Below, piece by piece: positions 30,540 through 50,694 of a stretch of 64,000 nucleotides of DNA. The DNA comes from the human T2T-CHM13v2.0 reference genome, Homo sapiens. Within the stretch, counting starts at the first letter, position 1; each line of letters begins with the position of its first letter. Both the position numbers and the translations under genes were made by a program. The notes under the pieces were generated by a model. It did not search any database. It was given only the letters and a program-made list of their open reading frames with translations, and was not told the origin of the DNA. The stretch is taken from NCBI RefSeq assembly GCF_009914755.1, contig NC_060929.1; one strand, 5' to 3'.

Positions 30540-30843
30540 TTATTACTATTATTATTATTATTTTTTAGTTTTTTGAGACAGAGTCTCACTCTGTTGCCAG
30601 GCTGAAGTGCAGTGGCTCACTGCAACCTTTGAAATCCTGGTTCAAGTCATTCTCCTGCCTCAACCTCCAGAGTAGCTGGGATTACAGGCACGTGCCACCA
30701 TGCCCAGCTAATTTTTGCATTTTTAGTAGAGACAAGGTTTCACCCTATTGGCCAGGATGGTCTCGATCTCGTGACCTCGTGATCTGCCCGCCTCGGCCTC
30801 CCAAAGTGCTGGGATTACAGGCGTGAGCCACCAGGCCCAGCCA
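30540..30843 (-). mobile_element. Alu (AluS-type) with (TTA)n tail
   Basis: Antisense Alu body with a small internal deletion near 30615. Confidence 0.93.
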
Positions 30844-31213
30844 ATAATATTTTTTTATACATGCTATATAAGCTTTTCAAAATCAAATGTTTGGACCCAC
30901 GTAAGTATGCATGTATTTTTGTGTGTGTGCAGACACCTAATATACACTATAGTTACCACATAGATATTTTAGTAAATGCCATCTGAGTAGGCACTTATTA
31001 TCCTGCAATATAAAGGTAATGAGATTTTTTTGTGTATATGTGATCCACGCAATCTTACTAAGTACTTTACTGTCAAAAGCAAATCACCAGTGCACACTGG
31101 TGGAATAATTTATATGTTCTATTTGTGTGAGAACACGGACTGAGATCTCTAATCTCTGAGCCTCATCAGATCTTGATTAGGAAGTGTTACTATGGACCAG
31201 ATATCTATGATCA

Positions 31214-31562
<349 letters not shown>

Positions 31563-31888
31563 AAAAAACAAAAAAGAATATGTAAGTCCCCAAAATAGAA
31601 TTATCTTGAGGTAAGGGAGAGTATCATTCAATATCTCAGGCCTCCCACAAAAATCAGAAGTCTGGTCCTGGAACAGCTTGGGACTAAGGTTGAAAACCAG
31701 CTACATCCCTACAATCTGATAGTACGCTCTTTTGGATAACAACCGGTCAAACAAGAGCTATACAACTTGAAACCCAAATATGTAACCAATTTTGGCGTCT
31801 GCTTCATAATCTGGACATGGGAAATTTGGTTTTAAATTCCAAGTGTCCATGAGACAACATGTAGTAAGTATAACAATAGATGTAGCAA

Positions 31889-32260
31889 TGTACTAGTCCA
31901 TTCTCATGCTGCTAATAAAGACATACCCGAGACTGGGTAATTTGTAAAGTAAAGAGGTTTAATTGATTTACAGTTCAGCATGGCTGGAGGGGCCTCAGGA
32001 CACATATCATCATGGCAGAAGGGGAAGCAAACACATCTTTCTTCACATGGTGGCAGCAAGAAGTGTTGAGCAAAAAGGGGGAAAGCCGCTTTTAAAAGCA
32101 TCAGATCTCTTGAGAACTCACTCACTATCATGAGAATAGCATGTGGGTAACGGCTCCATGATTCAATTACCTCTCACCAGGTCCGTCCCACGACACTTGG
32201 GGATAATGGGAATGACATTTCAAGATGAGATTTGGGTGGGGACATAGCCAAACCATATCA
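31889..32260 (-). mobile_element. THE1 solo LTR (THE1C-like)
   Basis: TGTACTAGTCCATTCTCATGCTGCTAATAAAGAC...CCAAACCATATCA, 372 bp; perfect TSD AGCAA (31884-31888/32261-32265). Confidence 0.92.
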
Positions 32261-32383
32261 AGCAACAAGCAACTTTTGTGGTTCCTCTACCCGTTGATCA
32301 AAACAGGCCTGACATATTTGTAATTCAGGAATACAACTCAGATAGATAAATGATAGTTGATAGGTAGATAAATAGATAGAAAT

Positions 32384-32855
32384 CATTAACTTCCTAGGGC
32401 TACCATAAGAAAGAACCACAAACTGGGTGGCTTAAAAGAACAGAAAATAATTTTTTCACAGTTCTAGAGGCTGGAGGTCTGAAATCAAGGTGGCAGGGTC
32501 AGTTTCTGAGGGCTGTGAGGGAGAGTCTGTACCGTGTCACTCTCCTAGCTTCCGGTGGCTTGCCAGCAATCTTTGACATTTCCTGGCTAGCAGATGCATT
32601 GCTCAAGTCTTCTGCCTTTGCCTGATGTTCTCTCTGCCTCTCTCATGTAGTCTTCCCTCTGTGCATGTCTGACTCTTCATATTTTTCCTTATTTATAATG
32701 ATACCAGTCAACTGGATTAGGGTGCACTCTAATGACCCCATTTTAACTTGATTATCACTGTAAAGATTTTCATTCCAAATGAAATCACATTCTGAGCTAC
32801 TTGTGGTTAGGACTCCAACATATATTTATTAGGAGACAAAATTGAACTCATAACT
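32384..32855 (-). mobile_element. MLT1 (MaLR) LTR, MLT1C-like
   Basis: CCACAAACTGGGTGGCTTAAA...CACAGTTCTAGAGGCTGGAGGTCTGAAATCAAGGTG motifs. Confidence 0.82.
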
Positions 32856-34794
32856 GATAGGTATATGTACAGATAGATTGCTAGATTATATTAAAAGGGA
32901 CATGGAAAAGCAGATTAGTTTTGTATTCTTACACATGGAGGTGGTGTCAACCTTATCAATTATGTATTTAATCAGATTATTAGGTCTCAGAATAAAAGGT
33001 GAAACTTTAAAGTTGCTCTTTAATATAGGCTATATTGTTTTTAACAGTTGATGAATTGACATAAAATTATTGTGTCGATCATTTGAAATGTAGAGGAAGA
33101 ATTTATAGAACAAAATTTCTGCAATTATTTCTACATGTGAAACCTTATGATAAAACTTAATAGTAACTTCAGTTTATTGTAACTTAAATCAATTGAGTTA
33201 TAAAAACCTGTGAGAATATGTCACATTCCAGTCACGTAAAGAAATGCTGTAAATATGAAGAATAAAATACAGTTACTATCCTCAAGAAAAAAAAGAGATA
33301 GTCAATAAAAACTTAGAATGGAGTGCTAAAAAGTTTGCAATTGATTGAATAAATTATCAAAAGTTATAGGAGGTTTTAAATGGGAAACAGAATTTTAGTA
33401 AGACAAATATCTATGTAAGATAGGTGAACACCGGTAGAATATAGAGTTTCTCTCTTTTTTTGTGTGTGTTTTTGTTTTTATAAATAACCTAGAGAAAAGA
33501 AAAACTAAATGTGTTTTTAGATGACCTTTCCCTGGCCAATAAATAGTTACAGTGGAGTTGATATTCACAAGCTATGGTGACTGATTACATGTGAGAAATG
33601 TGGAAGGTACATGAATCTGCCACGCATAGACCCAACTCTTACTCAAAACTTCATTCTGAGTGTAGTTACCAGGTGACGGTGCTCTGTTACATGATGAAAG
33701 AAAAGCTAAAATCTAAAATGCTGGAACACAAAAATATTTTGTTTCTAACATTTTGTTGAAAATTTTTTTTGTTTTTATTTTTTCTTCGTATTTATAACTG
33801 AAAAAAAGAAAAAAAATTAAAATAAGATAAAATGGGAAACTTGAAGCTGGGTTAAATGAAAAAATATATTGGTATATTTAACATATTCTACAAGAAGAAT
33901 GTTACATGTAAGAAAATGTTTTTATATGGTTCAGAGTGATTGGGAGAGAGGATAAATGAAACTCTAAAAACCAGCATAAAAAAGCTAAAGAAGAAAGAAG
34001 ACTGACTAGCTACAAAAGCATTATTTTTTATAAAACACCCAAAATGAAAGGTATGAAGAAGACAAAGTAAAAGGCTTGTGACCAGCTACTGGATAGGTAT
34101 GATTTTAAAAAGCAAATCGAATAGAAAAGCAAAGGAATTTAGTTCAGCTATACAGGATAGTTTGGACTTTGACTTACATTACATTTTGCTTTCTTTCTGA
34201 AAGTTTCTGCTTACCGAAAATACAGGAAGTGTTACTTTACAAAATAAGGAGTCTGTGTGTCAGAATTCTTTATATGACTTTGATTATGTTTTAAAATTTA
34301 TACCATCCTTTTGACTTTCCCTTTCTGTTCTGTCATGGGGATTAGTGGGAGTTGGGGAAGGAATATGTTTGGTAAGCTCTGTCGCTTATACTGGAAGTAG
34401 GTTTCTTATATTTTTGATATAGTAACAAATCAATCAATCAATAACATTTTGAAACTTAGTGGATTCTCAGCTGCAAAATCTAAGTGAAAGGCAACCAGTC
34501 TAGGGTATTTGGGGATTTGCTGGTATATAGGTTTATATGAAGGAGAAGGGCCCCTGTGACTAGTGAAAAGTAGAGCTTATAGAGGCAATACCACAAATTT
34601 CACCAGGAAAGGTAATCCCTTTCAATCAAACCGTTGGTTTATCACTTCAGAACTGATTGGTTACAGTGGGGTATGGCCTGGTGGAATGCTAAAATTCAGT
34701 TTGTTGAGTCTAGCAAAAACAATTCAAAATGTATTATCATTTAGTTTTCTGCTGTCTGACCAGTTTTCCTAGAAACAATTGTTTTGATTCTTTT

Positions 34795-34918
34795 TTTGTT
34801 TGTTTGTTTGTTTTGTTGAGATGGAGTTTCGCTCTGTCACCCAGGCTGGAGTGCAGTGACGTGATCTCCGCTCACTGCAAGCTCTGCCTTCCGGGTTCAT
34901 GCCATTCTCCTGCCTCAG
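34795..34918 (-). mobile_element. Heavily 5'-truncated AluY (3' part of right arm)
   Basis: ~100 bp of Alu plus tail, bounded by TSD TGTTTTGATTCTTTT (34780-34794/34919-34933). Confidence 0.92.
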
Positions 34919-35914
34919 TGTTTTGATTCTTTTGTCTGTGGTCCTGACTGTTAGCTACTTTACACCCTTAGGCTCAAGCCTGTCCAGAGGGTAAAACTTA
35001 ATTAATATATTTTTTTGTATCACTGTTTTATTGACGGTTAATATTCAGTGCCCAGAACAGTGCATACCATATTGTACATATAATGTAGTTGTTTATTAAA
35101 TGCAAGGATAAATGTCAAAACTTTGTTAGCATCTTGCATAAACTTGGGCTCATCTGAGGGCTTTTAGTTATCACTGGCTTGGCAATGAAGCAAAGCAGTA
35201 GGTTAGAGAATTTACCCCAGAGTTCAGTTGCATGGTTTTCTTTTTCATATCCACTATTTATTAGCTATGCAAATTTGGGAGGTACTTTTAAATTTGTGTG
35301 TCTTGATTTTCTCTTCTATAACATAGAAATATTATTTTTTGGGTTCATTGTTAATATTAAATTGTGAAGTGTCTAATATATGCCGTGCAATCAAAGTTAG
35401 CTATTGAAAAAATTAAGGTGTATAAAGGATATGCTATAATAACAAAACAGCTGCCACAGCTGGAACAACATAAAACCTTTCTCGGAAGCAAGAACATTAA
35501 TTCAGTGAACATCTACATATGAGAAGGCAAGGCACAGAGTAATGAAGCACTGACTTTTATTTGGATTCTGACACTTCTGTTTTGGCCCTAGCACTGCCCT
35601 TTACTACCATACCACAGAGGTACTGGCTGTATAATTTAACCTTTTTGAGTTTCAGTTTTCTCCTCTATATGTAACAGATAATAATGCGTGCTAAGTTTTA
35701 GATATTATGTAGATAAGATAATTGTCTCTCATATTTCTCAAATCTGCATTATCATTCCACTCTCTTGCAATGTGCACAATTGGATTAATTAAATGGTTTC
35801 TCAACTGGTGAGGTCACCTGCAAGTAGGTCCCTCTTACGCTCTCTGAAGCTAAATAAATAGTTTTTATAATTTTTATCAAAACATAGACAATTTATGTTC
35901 TTTGAAGAGAGAAA

Positions 35915-39984
<4,070 letters not shown>

Positions 39985-40073
39985 AAAAAAAAGAAAAGAG
40001 AAAAAGAGAAAAGTGAAATGCTGAGGAAAAAAGGAAGGAAGGAAGGAAGGAAAGAAGGAGGAAAGGAAAGAAA
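39985..40073 (+). repeat. Decayed poly(A) tail and purine-rich (GGAA)n tract
   Basis: AAAAAAAAGAAAAGAGAAAAAGAG starting 12 nt after AGTAAA (39967-39972); AAGG/GGAA repeats 40031-40073. Confidence 0.85.
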
Positions 40074-41877
40074 TGCCTGTGATCCCATTACACATGTATA
40101 ACAATAACGTCTTATATGACATTAGTGGAATTTTATCATGTATGCAGTCTTTCTATGGTCATTTTTTAATATTGGTGGAATTAATTATCTTATGCCCACA
40201 ATCCTCAAACACAGATAACTGATTTTTACATCTTGTTTTGCATTTTTATATTCACTTATCCATGCTTCTATATTTACTTTATATTTATAGTGAATAAGAT
40301 GTTGGCACATTTCTAGAATTATTGGCTTATATTTTTATGTTTTTTAAATCGTTATGATTAAGTGTGAGTTATTTGATAGTTTTAAGTTTATACATGGTAT
40401 TTTTATGTTGGAAGTGCTGGATTCAAACAAGATGAATTAGGAAACTCTATATTTTATGGGGGAAGAGCACCAAAATAACTTCAGTAATTATAAAATTGTA
40501 GCTTCCTGAAAATTTAGTGAGTTGTTGGCTATGGAGCTACCTGGACTGGTACATTTAAATGTACATTTTTAATTACTTTTTCTTTGGTCAATTCTGTACT
40601 TATAGATCTATTAAACTTGTATGGTTTTCTTGAGTCAATTTAAATTTTGACAGAGATTCAGCTATTTCCTCTGGATTTTAAAAATTGTTATGGATAATTT
40701 TTAATATTTTCCATATCTATGATTATATCTGTTTTCTTGCTTCAAAATATTTTTGGAGGGGTCATATTTTATAAATCTCTACATTTTGTTTTCATTTTTA
40801 CTGATTTCATATTTTATCTCTATTACGCTTTTCTTACTCCATTTTTATATTGCTTTATTTTTCTAGTTTAAGGTGACAACAAATCCAGTTTTTTGTTTGT
40901 TTGATTAGTAAAAAATATTCTTATGACTCTACCTTTTTACCTTTGAGTAGAGCTTTAATTTTCTCTTTTTGGACCAAGGTGCTTGTTTTTACTGAAGAAG
41001 AAAGACAATAATTGTGGATGATCTTAATTTGAATATGTAACCAAAACTGACAACATTTTTTTCCTATGATCTGAGTTAACTAGTTTACAAACTTTCTTCT
41101 CAATACAGATCAACAACAATGAAATTGTCTTCCTCCTTCTTTTCAAATTTTGCTTCACTATTTATTTGTTAGAGAAAATGAATAAACAGAATCAAGATAA
41201 CACCCTCAGCTCTCACCACCAAATCTTTTCCCAAAACTGCACCTTGAGCACATATACTTTGTTTAAATCTTGTTAAAATGTATGAACAGTGTGTGCTCCT
41301 TACTTTACTGGACTATATGTCTTCATTCAGTTCCTGCACCATCATTCATGCACTACCATTTTTTCACTCCCTGAGAGATCATTCACATCATCATGCAATC
41401 ATGATGAACTAACTGCAATTAGAATAATGCTTGCCCTTAACCCCACAATTCCTTCACACTCTTCTTGAGTCTTCTTTATAGCAAAACCCCTAAGTAGCCC
41501 TCTATCCTGGCTGTTTCTACTTTCTCACATTCCACTCTCTAAAATACTATAATTAGGATTTTATCCTAGCATACTATTAATCCACCATTGTTAAAATTAC
41601 AACATTCATTCTGCCAAATCCAGTAGTCAATTCCCAAACTTCCTCTAAATTTTAATTTTCAATACAATCTCCGTCTTGTCTCTTGTCTTAATTTGTGTTT
41701 CTTCCCCTTTTGCTTGGTTCCTGTTTCTAAAATGTGCTATGATTCAGCTTTGGCTCTTTTTCTTCCTATCTGACTGTAGTAATGATTTCTGTTCTTCACT
41801 ATACATTAGAAAAATCTGAATAAGGCTCAGGAATGGGTATTTTTAAAGAGGTTTACTTTTGTTGACAGGATTGAGAT

Positions 41878-41915
41878 TCACTATCTTCCAAGAATCCTCA
41901 CTATCTTCCAAGAAT
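41878..41915. repeat. 20-bp-period tandem duplication
   Basis: TCACTATCTTCCAAGAAT at 41878-41895 and 41898-41915. Confidence 0.9.
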
Positions 41916-42479
41916 TCTCTAAGTGATTTTGTCCAAGTGTTGGTGATAGATATTGTATTTTGAATAGCTAAAAAATGGAAAAAAGTGGGATTAAAGTAAG
42001 ACCAATGTTCCTATGATTACAGAGTTAAATAAACACCAGGAATGTGTTTTATAGAAATGTGCAAAATGGGGTTATAATAATGACATACTTAAATTTTAAA
42101 AAACAATCTCCCGCAGTGCCAAAGTCCCTGTAATTACTTGTGTGAAATTTATTTGTGTGAGGCATCTAATAACTAAGAAGATATAATTATAAATAAATGT
42201 ATATTTTGAATGCATATTTGACTTTTGAATTTTAAAATGAAAGTTTTCATTTGCTAATATTTAACCTAAAATGCTTTATATATTACTTGTAAGAATACCA
42301 TATGTAGTTTTGCTTAAATACCCTTTACTAGGGTTACTATATCAACAACCATCACAAATGTGTGTGTCTTCCAATAATGCATACATATTGTTAGAATGCA
42401 TACCTTCACTCATGGCAGTGCTATTTGTAATAGCTTCAACTAGACACTATTGAACTGTCCATCAAAACAAAATAGATCA

Positions 42480-42925
42480 GGCAAAACAAAATCCAAAAAT
42501 AGACAAATGAGACTACAATAAACTAAAAAGCTTTTGCAGAGCAAAGGAAACAATCAACAGACTGAAAAGACAACCTATAGAATGGGGGAAATATTTGTAA
42601 ACTATTTGTCCAACAAGGAACAAGTATCCAGAATGTACAATGAGCTAAAAAAAATCCTCCATAGCAAGAAACCAAATAATCCAAGTCAAAGATGAACAAA
42701 GGATCTCAACAAACATTTCTCAAAAGAGGACATACAAATGGCCAACCAAAAGGCTCAACATCACTAACCATCAGGGAAATGCAAATCAAAACCATAATCA
42801 GATGCCATTTCACTCTAGTTAGAATGGCTATCATCAGAAGACAAAAAATAACAAATGCTGGCAAAATATGAATCAAAGGAAATTTTTATATACCATTGGT
42901 GGTAATATACATTAATACAGCCATT
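42480..42925 (+). mobile_element. Old L1 ORF2 3' fragment
   Basis: AGCAAAGGAAACAATCAACAGA...GACAACCTATAGAATGGG and ATCAGGGAAATGCAAATCAAAACCA motifs. Confidence 0.85.
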
Positions 42926-43763
42926 ATTGAGATTCAGAAGGATGTAAAAACACAATCCAAGAATAATAAAAGTTATAATAAAGTGATGCAGGAGCTGAAG
43001 GGTAAAATAGTTGGTATAAAAAAGAACCTAATGGGTCTGATAGAGCTAAATAACACAGTACAGAAATTTCAAAATGCAATCGCAAGTATTGACAGCAGAA
43101 TATACCAAGTTGAGGAAACAATCTCAGATCCTGAAGACTGGTAATCTGAAATAAGACAGACATAAAAATAAAGAAAAAGAATAAATAGAAATGAACAAAT
43201 CTCTTAGGACCATGGGATTATGTAAAAAGCCAAAATCTAGAAGTCACTAGCATCCCTGAAAGGGATGGGGAGAAAGCAAATAACTTGGAAAACATATTTG
43301 AGGATATCATCCATGACAACTTCCCCAACCTTGCTAGAGAGGCCAACAGTCGAATTTAAGAAATACAGATAACTCCTGAAAGATTCTACAGAAGAAGACC
43401 ATCCCCAAGACACACAATCATCAGATTTTCCAAGGTAGAAAAGAAAGAAATAATGTTAAAGGTAGCTAGAGAGAAAGAACAGGTCACCTACAAAGGGAAC
43501 CCCATCAGGCTAACAGTGGACCTCTCAGGTGAAACCCTACAAGCTAGAAGAGATTGGGGGCTTATATTTAACATTCTTAAAGAAAAAAACAATCAACCAA
43601 GAATTTTACATCCAGCCAAACTATGCTTCCTAAGTAAAAGAGAAATAAGATCCATTTCAGATAAGCAAATGTTGAGGAAATTCATTACTACTAGATCTGT
43701 CTTACAAGAGATCTTCAAAGGATAACTAAACATAGAAAGGAAAGACCACTACTAGTTAGTACA

Positions 43764-43988
43764 AATTGAACAATGAGAACACATGGACACAGGAAGGGGA
43801 ACATCACACACCAGGGACTGTTGTGGGGTGGGGGGAGTGGGGAGGGATAGCATTAGGAGATATACCTAATGCTAAATGACGAGTTAATGGGTGCAGCACA
43901 CCAACATGGCACATGTATACATATATAACAAACCTGCGTTGTGTACATGTACCCTAAAACTTAAAGTATAATAATAATAAAATTAAAA
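43764..43988 (+). mobile_element. Younger L1PA (PA3-5-like) 3'UTR fragment nested in the older L1
   Basis: GAACAATGAGAACACATGGACACAGGAAGGGGAACATC...CCCTAAAACTTAAAGTATAATAATAATAAAATTAAAA interrupts the host at the end of ORF1. Confidence 0.92.
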
Positions 43989-44162
43989 CACACACACACA
44001 CACACATAAACACGCAGACTAGGGTCAATGTAAAGCAACCACAAAACAAGCCAACATAATAACCAGCTCACAGCACAATTACAGGATCAAATTCACACAT
44101 ATCAAGACTAACCTTGAATGTAAATGGACTAAATACCCCACTTGAAAGGAACAGAGTGGCAA

Positions 44163-44591
<429 letters not shown>

Positions 44592-47500
44592 TCAACCAAA
44601 AAAGATCAAGAAAGACAAAAAATGAATATTACATAATAATAAAGGGTTCAATTCAACAAGAAGACCTAACTATCCTTTATATATATGCACCCAACACAGG
44701 AGTACTCAGATTCATAAAGCAAGTTCTTAAAGACTACAAAGAGACATAGACAACCTCACAGTGATAGTGGGTGACTTCAACACTCTGCTGACAGTATTAG
44801 ACAGATTTTTGAGGCAGAGAATTAACAAAGATATTCAGGACCTAAACCCAATATTGGACTAAATGGGTCAGATAGACCTTGACAGAACTCTCCAACAACA
44901 ACAACAACAACAAAAACCCAGAGTATACATTCTTCTCATTGCTACATGGCACATACTCTAAAATCAACCACATAATTGGACATTAAAACAATCCTCAACA
45001 AATGTAAAAGACCACAGCACAATAAAAACAGAAGTCAAGACTAAGAAAATCACTCAAAACTATGTAACTATATGGAAATTAAACAACCTGCTCCCGAATA
45101 ACTTTTGAGTAAATAATAAAATTAAGGCAGAAATCAATAAGGTCTTTGAAAATAATGAGAACATAGATACAACAAACCAGAATCTCTGGGACAGAGCTTA
45201 AGTAGGGTTAAGAGGAAAATTCATAGAACTAAATGCCCTCATCCAAAAATTAGAAAGATCTCAAATTAACAACCTAACATCACAACTGAAAGAATTAGAG
45301 AAGCAAAGAGAAATCAACCCCCAGGCTAGCAGAAGACAAGAAATTACAAATATCACAGCTGAACTAAAGAAAATCAAGACATGAAAAACCATTAAAAAGA
45401 TCAACAAATCCAGAGGATGATTTTTTAAAAAAGTAATAAAATAGGTCACTAGTTAGAATAATAAAAAAGAAAACAGAGAAGATCCAAATAAATACAATTA
45501 GAAATAATGAAGGGACTATTACTACCAACGCAGCAGAAATTAAAAATAACCATCAGAATCTACTATGTACATTCTTATGTACAAAAACTAGACAACCTAG
45601 AAAAGAAGGGTAAATTTATTCACCGGTATACCCTCCCAATACTGAGCCAGGAAGAAACTGATTCCCTGAACAGAGCAATTATGAGCTCAAAAATTCAATC
45701 AATAATAAATAGCCTACCAACTAAAAAAGCCCAGTACATGATGGATTCACAGTCAAATTCTACCAGATGTACAAAGAAGAGCTGGTACCATTTCTACAGA
45801 AACTATTTAAAAAATTTGAGGAGGAGCAACCCCTCCCAACTCATTCTGGGAGACCAGCATCCTCCTGATACTAAAACCTGTCAGAGATACCAAAAAAAAA
45901 AAAAAAAAAAAAAATTAAGGCCAATGTCCTCGACAAACATTGATGTAAAAATGCTCAACAAAATACTTATAAACCAAATCCAGCACACGTCAAAAAGCTT
46001 ATCCACCATAATCAAGTTGGCTCTGTTCCCAGAATGCAAGGTTGGTTAAACATATGCAAATCAATAAATGTAATTCATCACATAAACAGAACTAAAGACA
46101 AAAACCACATGATTCTCTCAATAGATGCGGAAAAGTCTTTTGATGAAATTCAATACCACTTCATGTTTAAAACCTTCAGTAAACTATTAATAGGTATCGA
46201 AGGAACATACCTCAAAATAGTAAGAGCTATCTATGACAGACCCACAGCCAACATTATACTGAATAGGCAAAATATGAAAGTATTCTCCTTGAAAACCTGC
46301 ACAAGGTAAGGATGTCTTCTCTCACTACTCCTGTTCAACATAGTATTGGAAGTCCTAGCCACAGCAATCAGGCAAGAGAAAGAAAGAAAGAGCATCCAAG
46401 TGTGAAGAGAGGAAGTAAAATTATCTGTCTTCAGATGATATGATTCTATATCTAGAAAACGCCATATTCTCAACCCTAATGCTTCTCCAGCTGATAAACA
46501 AATTCAGCAAAGTAGCAGGATACAAAATCAATGTACAAAAATTACTAGCATTTCCATATATCAACAACAGCCAAACCAAGAGTCAAATCTTGCATAAACT
46601 CCCATTCGCAATTGCCACAAAAGAATAAAATACCTAGAAATATAACTAACCAGAGAGTTGAAAGATTTCTACAAAGAGAATTACAAAATACTGCTTAAAG
46701 AAATGAGAGAAGACACAAACCAATGGAAAAATACCCCATGCTTATGGATAGGGAAAATCAGTATCATTAAAATGGCTATACTGCCCAAAGCAATATACAG
46801 ATTCAATTTTATCCCTATCAAACTACTAATAACAGTCTTCACAGAACTAGAGAAGACTATTTTAAAATTTATATGGAACCAAAAAAGAACCCAAATAGCC
46901 AAGGCAAACCTAAACAAAAAGAACGAAGCTGGAGGCATCACATTACCTGACTTCAAACTATACTATGAGGTGGCAGTAACCAAAACAGCATGCTATAGGT
47001 ACAAAAACAGGAATATAGACCAGTGGAACAAAATAGAGAGCCTAGAAATATGACCACACATCTACGACTATCTGATCTTCAACAGAGCTGACAAAAACAA
47101 GCAAGGGAGAGTCTTTATTCAATAAACGGTGCTGGGATAACTGGCTAGTTATATGCAGTAGTTTGAAGCTAGCCCCTTCCTTATACCATACACAAAAATC
47201 AACTCAAATGAACTAAAGGCTAAAATGTAAAACCCAAAACTATAGGAACCCTGGAAGACAACCAAGGCAATATCATCCTAGACACAGGAATGGGCAAACA
47301 TTTAATGACAAAAACACCAAAAGCAATTGCAACAAAAGCAAAAATTGACAAGTGGGATCTAATTAAACTTATGAGCTTCTGTTCAGCAAAAGAATCTATC
47401 AACAGAGTAAACAGACAACCTACAGAATGGGAGTAGGTATTTGGAAATTATGCATCTGACAGAAGTCTAATACCTAGTATCTATTAATATTAAGAATTTA

Positions 47501-50500
47501 AACAAATTTACAAGAGAAAACAAACAACCCCATTAAAACGTGGGCAAAGGATGTGACAGACATTTCTCAAAAGAAGACATACATATGGGCAAAAAGCATA
47601 CGAAAAAAGCTCAACATCATTGATCATTAGAGAAATGCAAATAAAAATCACAATGAGATACCATCTCACACCAGTCAGAATAGCTACTAAAAAGTCAAAA
47701 AATAACAGACACTGGGGAAGTTGCAGAGAAAAAGGAACACTTACACACTCTTGGTGGGAGTATAAATTAGTTCAACCATTGTTGAAACCAGTATGGCAAT
47801 TCCTTAAAGAGCTACAAGAAGAACTACCATTTGACCCAGGAATCCCATTACTGGGTATATACCCAGAGGAACATAAAATGTTCTACTATAAAGACACATG
47901 CACACAAATATTTATTGCAGCACTATTCACGATACAAAAACAAGGAATCAGCCTAAATTCCCATCAATGACAGATCAGATAATGAAAATGTTGTACATAT
48001 ACACCATAGAATACTATGCAGCTATACAGTGAGTGAGATCATGTCTTTTGCAGGAACATAGATGGAGCTGTAGGCTATTATCCATAACCAACTAATGCAG
48101 GAACTGAAAACCAAACACCGCATGTTCTTACTTACAAGTGGGAGCTAAATGATAAGAACACAAAGAAGAAAACATCACACACTAGGGTCTCCTTGAGGGT
48201 GGAGGGTGGGAGGAGGGAGAGGAGCAGAAAAGATAACTCTTTGATACTGTGCTTAATACCTGGGTGATGAAATTATATGTACCAAAAAAAAAAAAAAACC
48301 GTAACATGTGTTTTCCTATGTAATGAACCTTCACATATACTCCCAAACTTCAAATAGAAGTTAAAAAATAGGTAAAAACATATTTTACAAATTCACATTG
48401 TTCATATCTTAATTGATTATTCTTATTTTGTTTATGTGTTGATATATTGATATATTGAATAACCAGATGAGAGGATTTTTAATAAGATTTTTGAATATTC
48501 CCTAGCTCTATCTTCACTAGTTCTGACCTAATACAGTGAGTAGGTTCCAATATTTGGGTATTCAGCAACTTCTCTGGGGAAATCTGACATACCTAGTGAC
48601 TATGTTTCAATAAAAAAATCAAACTTAACAAAAAAATTGTAATGGCTCTTTTATTTGAGTAGATTGTTTGTACTTCTTAACATTTTTCAAACTTATTTTG
48701 TTTGCAAGTATTTCCTTACATTAAAAATGTGTATGACTTATATATACATATTAAAATTCTTTTTGCTGTTTATGAAGTAGAAACTTATTAGGAAAGACTA
48801 TAGAGTACACAGAATCAATAAAAGATTATGAGAATCTTTTGAGCCAGAAAATAGTCTAGAGAGCACAGAGCAATATTAATTAACACTAAAAGGAAATAAA
48901 AGTTTAGATGAATGTTTTAATTAATCTAAATGTAAAAATCTGCAAATGTAGAGACAAGATGAAGGGAAAAGCTGTAATATAGCTGAAACTACTAGGAACT
49001 ATATAATTTGAATTGAGTTTGTTACATTAGAAGACCTGAATTGAATGTTTCATTTACTTTTATTAAAGATTCTTCAAATTACTTCATTTTTTAAATTAAT
49101 CATGGGTTACAATACAATTTCCTACATACAAGAAATTTTATATCCTATCAAGGGCATGTAAAAATCGTACTGACCCATTTAGTGAAATATCACTTTCTCT
49201 AAATAAATCCCATTCCTCCTGACTTTCGGGAAACTTTTAGTTGATAAAACCACTGCTTACAAAATGTAATCTTAATCAATTACATTTCTATATAACTACC
49301 CTTGGCACTCCCCACCTGTGAACATATATTGCTGTTAATATGAAAAATTCAGTTCAGATGTTCAAAGCAGAAATCAAGTAACAGCTGCAAAATTCACAAA
49401 AAGAATAAATTTTAGTGCAAAGTATCAACGTAGGTATATTTTACTCTAAAGTCTATTAATCAAATCTATAATTTAAAATATAAAGTGATAGCTGCTGTTT
49501 ATTAAGAACTTGAGTGAATTGTTTCATTTGGCTATCCAAAACAATCATGAAGGAGGGTTAAAGAGGCAGACACTAAAACTTAGACATATTCAGTATGTTG
49601 TCCAAGATAAACATTCTGATACAGAGTATAGCTCCGCTACTGTGCCTCACTCAACTGGTATCAACTCCTATTCTCCTGCCAATCAGTATTTGGTGCTTTC
49701 TTCATTACTTTTTTCAGGTAACATCTTCCAGAATGAAAACCACCATTGACCTTATAAAAGAGGAGCTAGTCATTATTCTACCTAGCCCAGAGCCAAGAAT
49801 GCTTGCAAATTTTACCTTGAGACTATAATATAGATTAAATTCACACATGCACACATACACACGTGAAAAAAGCATATATACACAAAATATATAATTTTTT
49901 CACAGATATAAGTTATACATTTGAACTATATGGGATTATATGTGAATTTAACCTATGTGTTATACATATTTATATGTATTCATATATATGTATGTGTGTG
50001 TGAATTTAATCTGTGTTATAGTCCCAAGAATTTTTCAGATATTAAATAATTTTATGCATACTTTCAACCTCCCACTCTAGGATATAAACAAATAAACAAT
50101 CTAGAATAATTCCTGACATGTGACTCATTTTTAAAAACTTGTTAATGTTCCTTTAAACTTGTTAGGTTAATGAATTTGTACATAGGACAGAGCAGAAGAG
50201 TGAATTAATAAAGAGACTAAACAGAAGACAGAATAAGGTTACAAAAAGATGGAAAATACTATTAACAACTTTAATAGTCACATTAGGGAGAAGATAGTCT
50301 AATACCAATCAAATTGCAATTCGAGAAGAGAAGTGAAAATACAAGAACAAAGATATTTGAACAGATAATGCCTGAGTAGACATTGAGAATTTCCTAAAGT
50401 TGTTGGAAGAATGAATCTTCAGATATAGAAAATAAAATTCACACACACACACACACACGTAGTCAAAATAATCAATGATCAATTTTTTTAAGTTGATGGC

Positions 50501-50516
50501 TGAAATAAAAACTCTT

Positions 50517-50694
50517 CAGCAGTTTGCAAACTTTTTTTAAAAGGCCAGGCAGTAAACATCTTGTGAACTACACTTTGTCTTGTCCATACTCCTAAAGCAG
50601 TGATTGATAACACATAAATGAGTGCATGTGGCTGTGTCCTGAAAAACTCTATTTACAAAAACAGGCATGTGGGCTATAATTAGCCAACTTCTGG
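50517..50694 (+). mobile_element. MER58A-like hAT-Charlie MITE
   Basis: GCAAACTTTTTTTAAAAGGCCAG...GTGGCTGTGTCC...TATTTACAAAAACAGGC motifs. Confidence 0.7.
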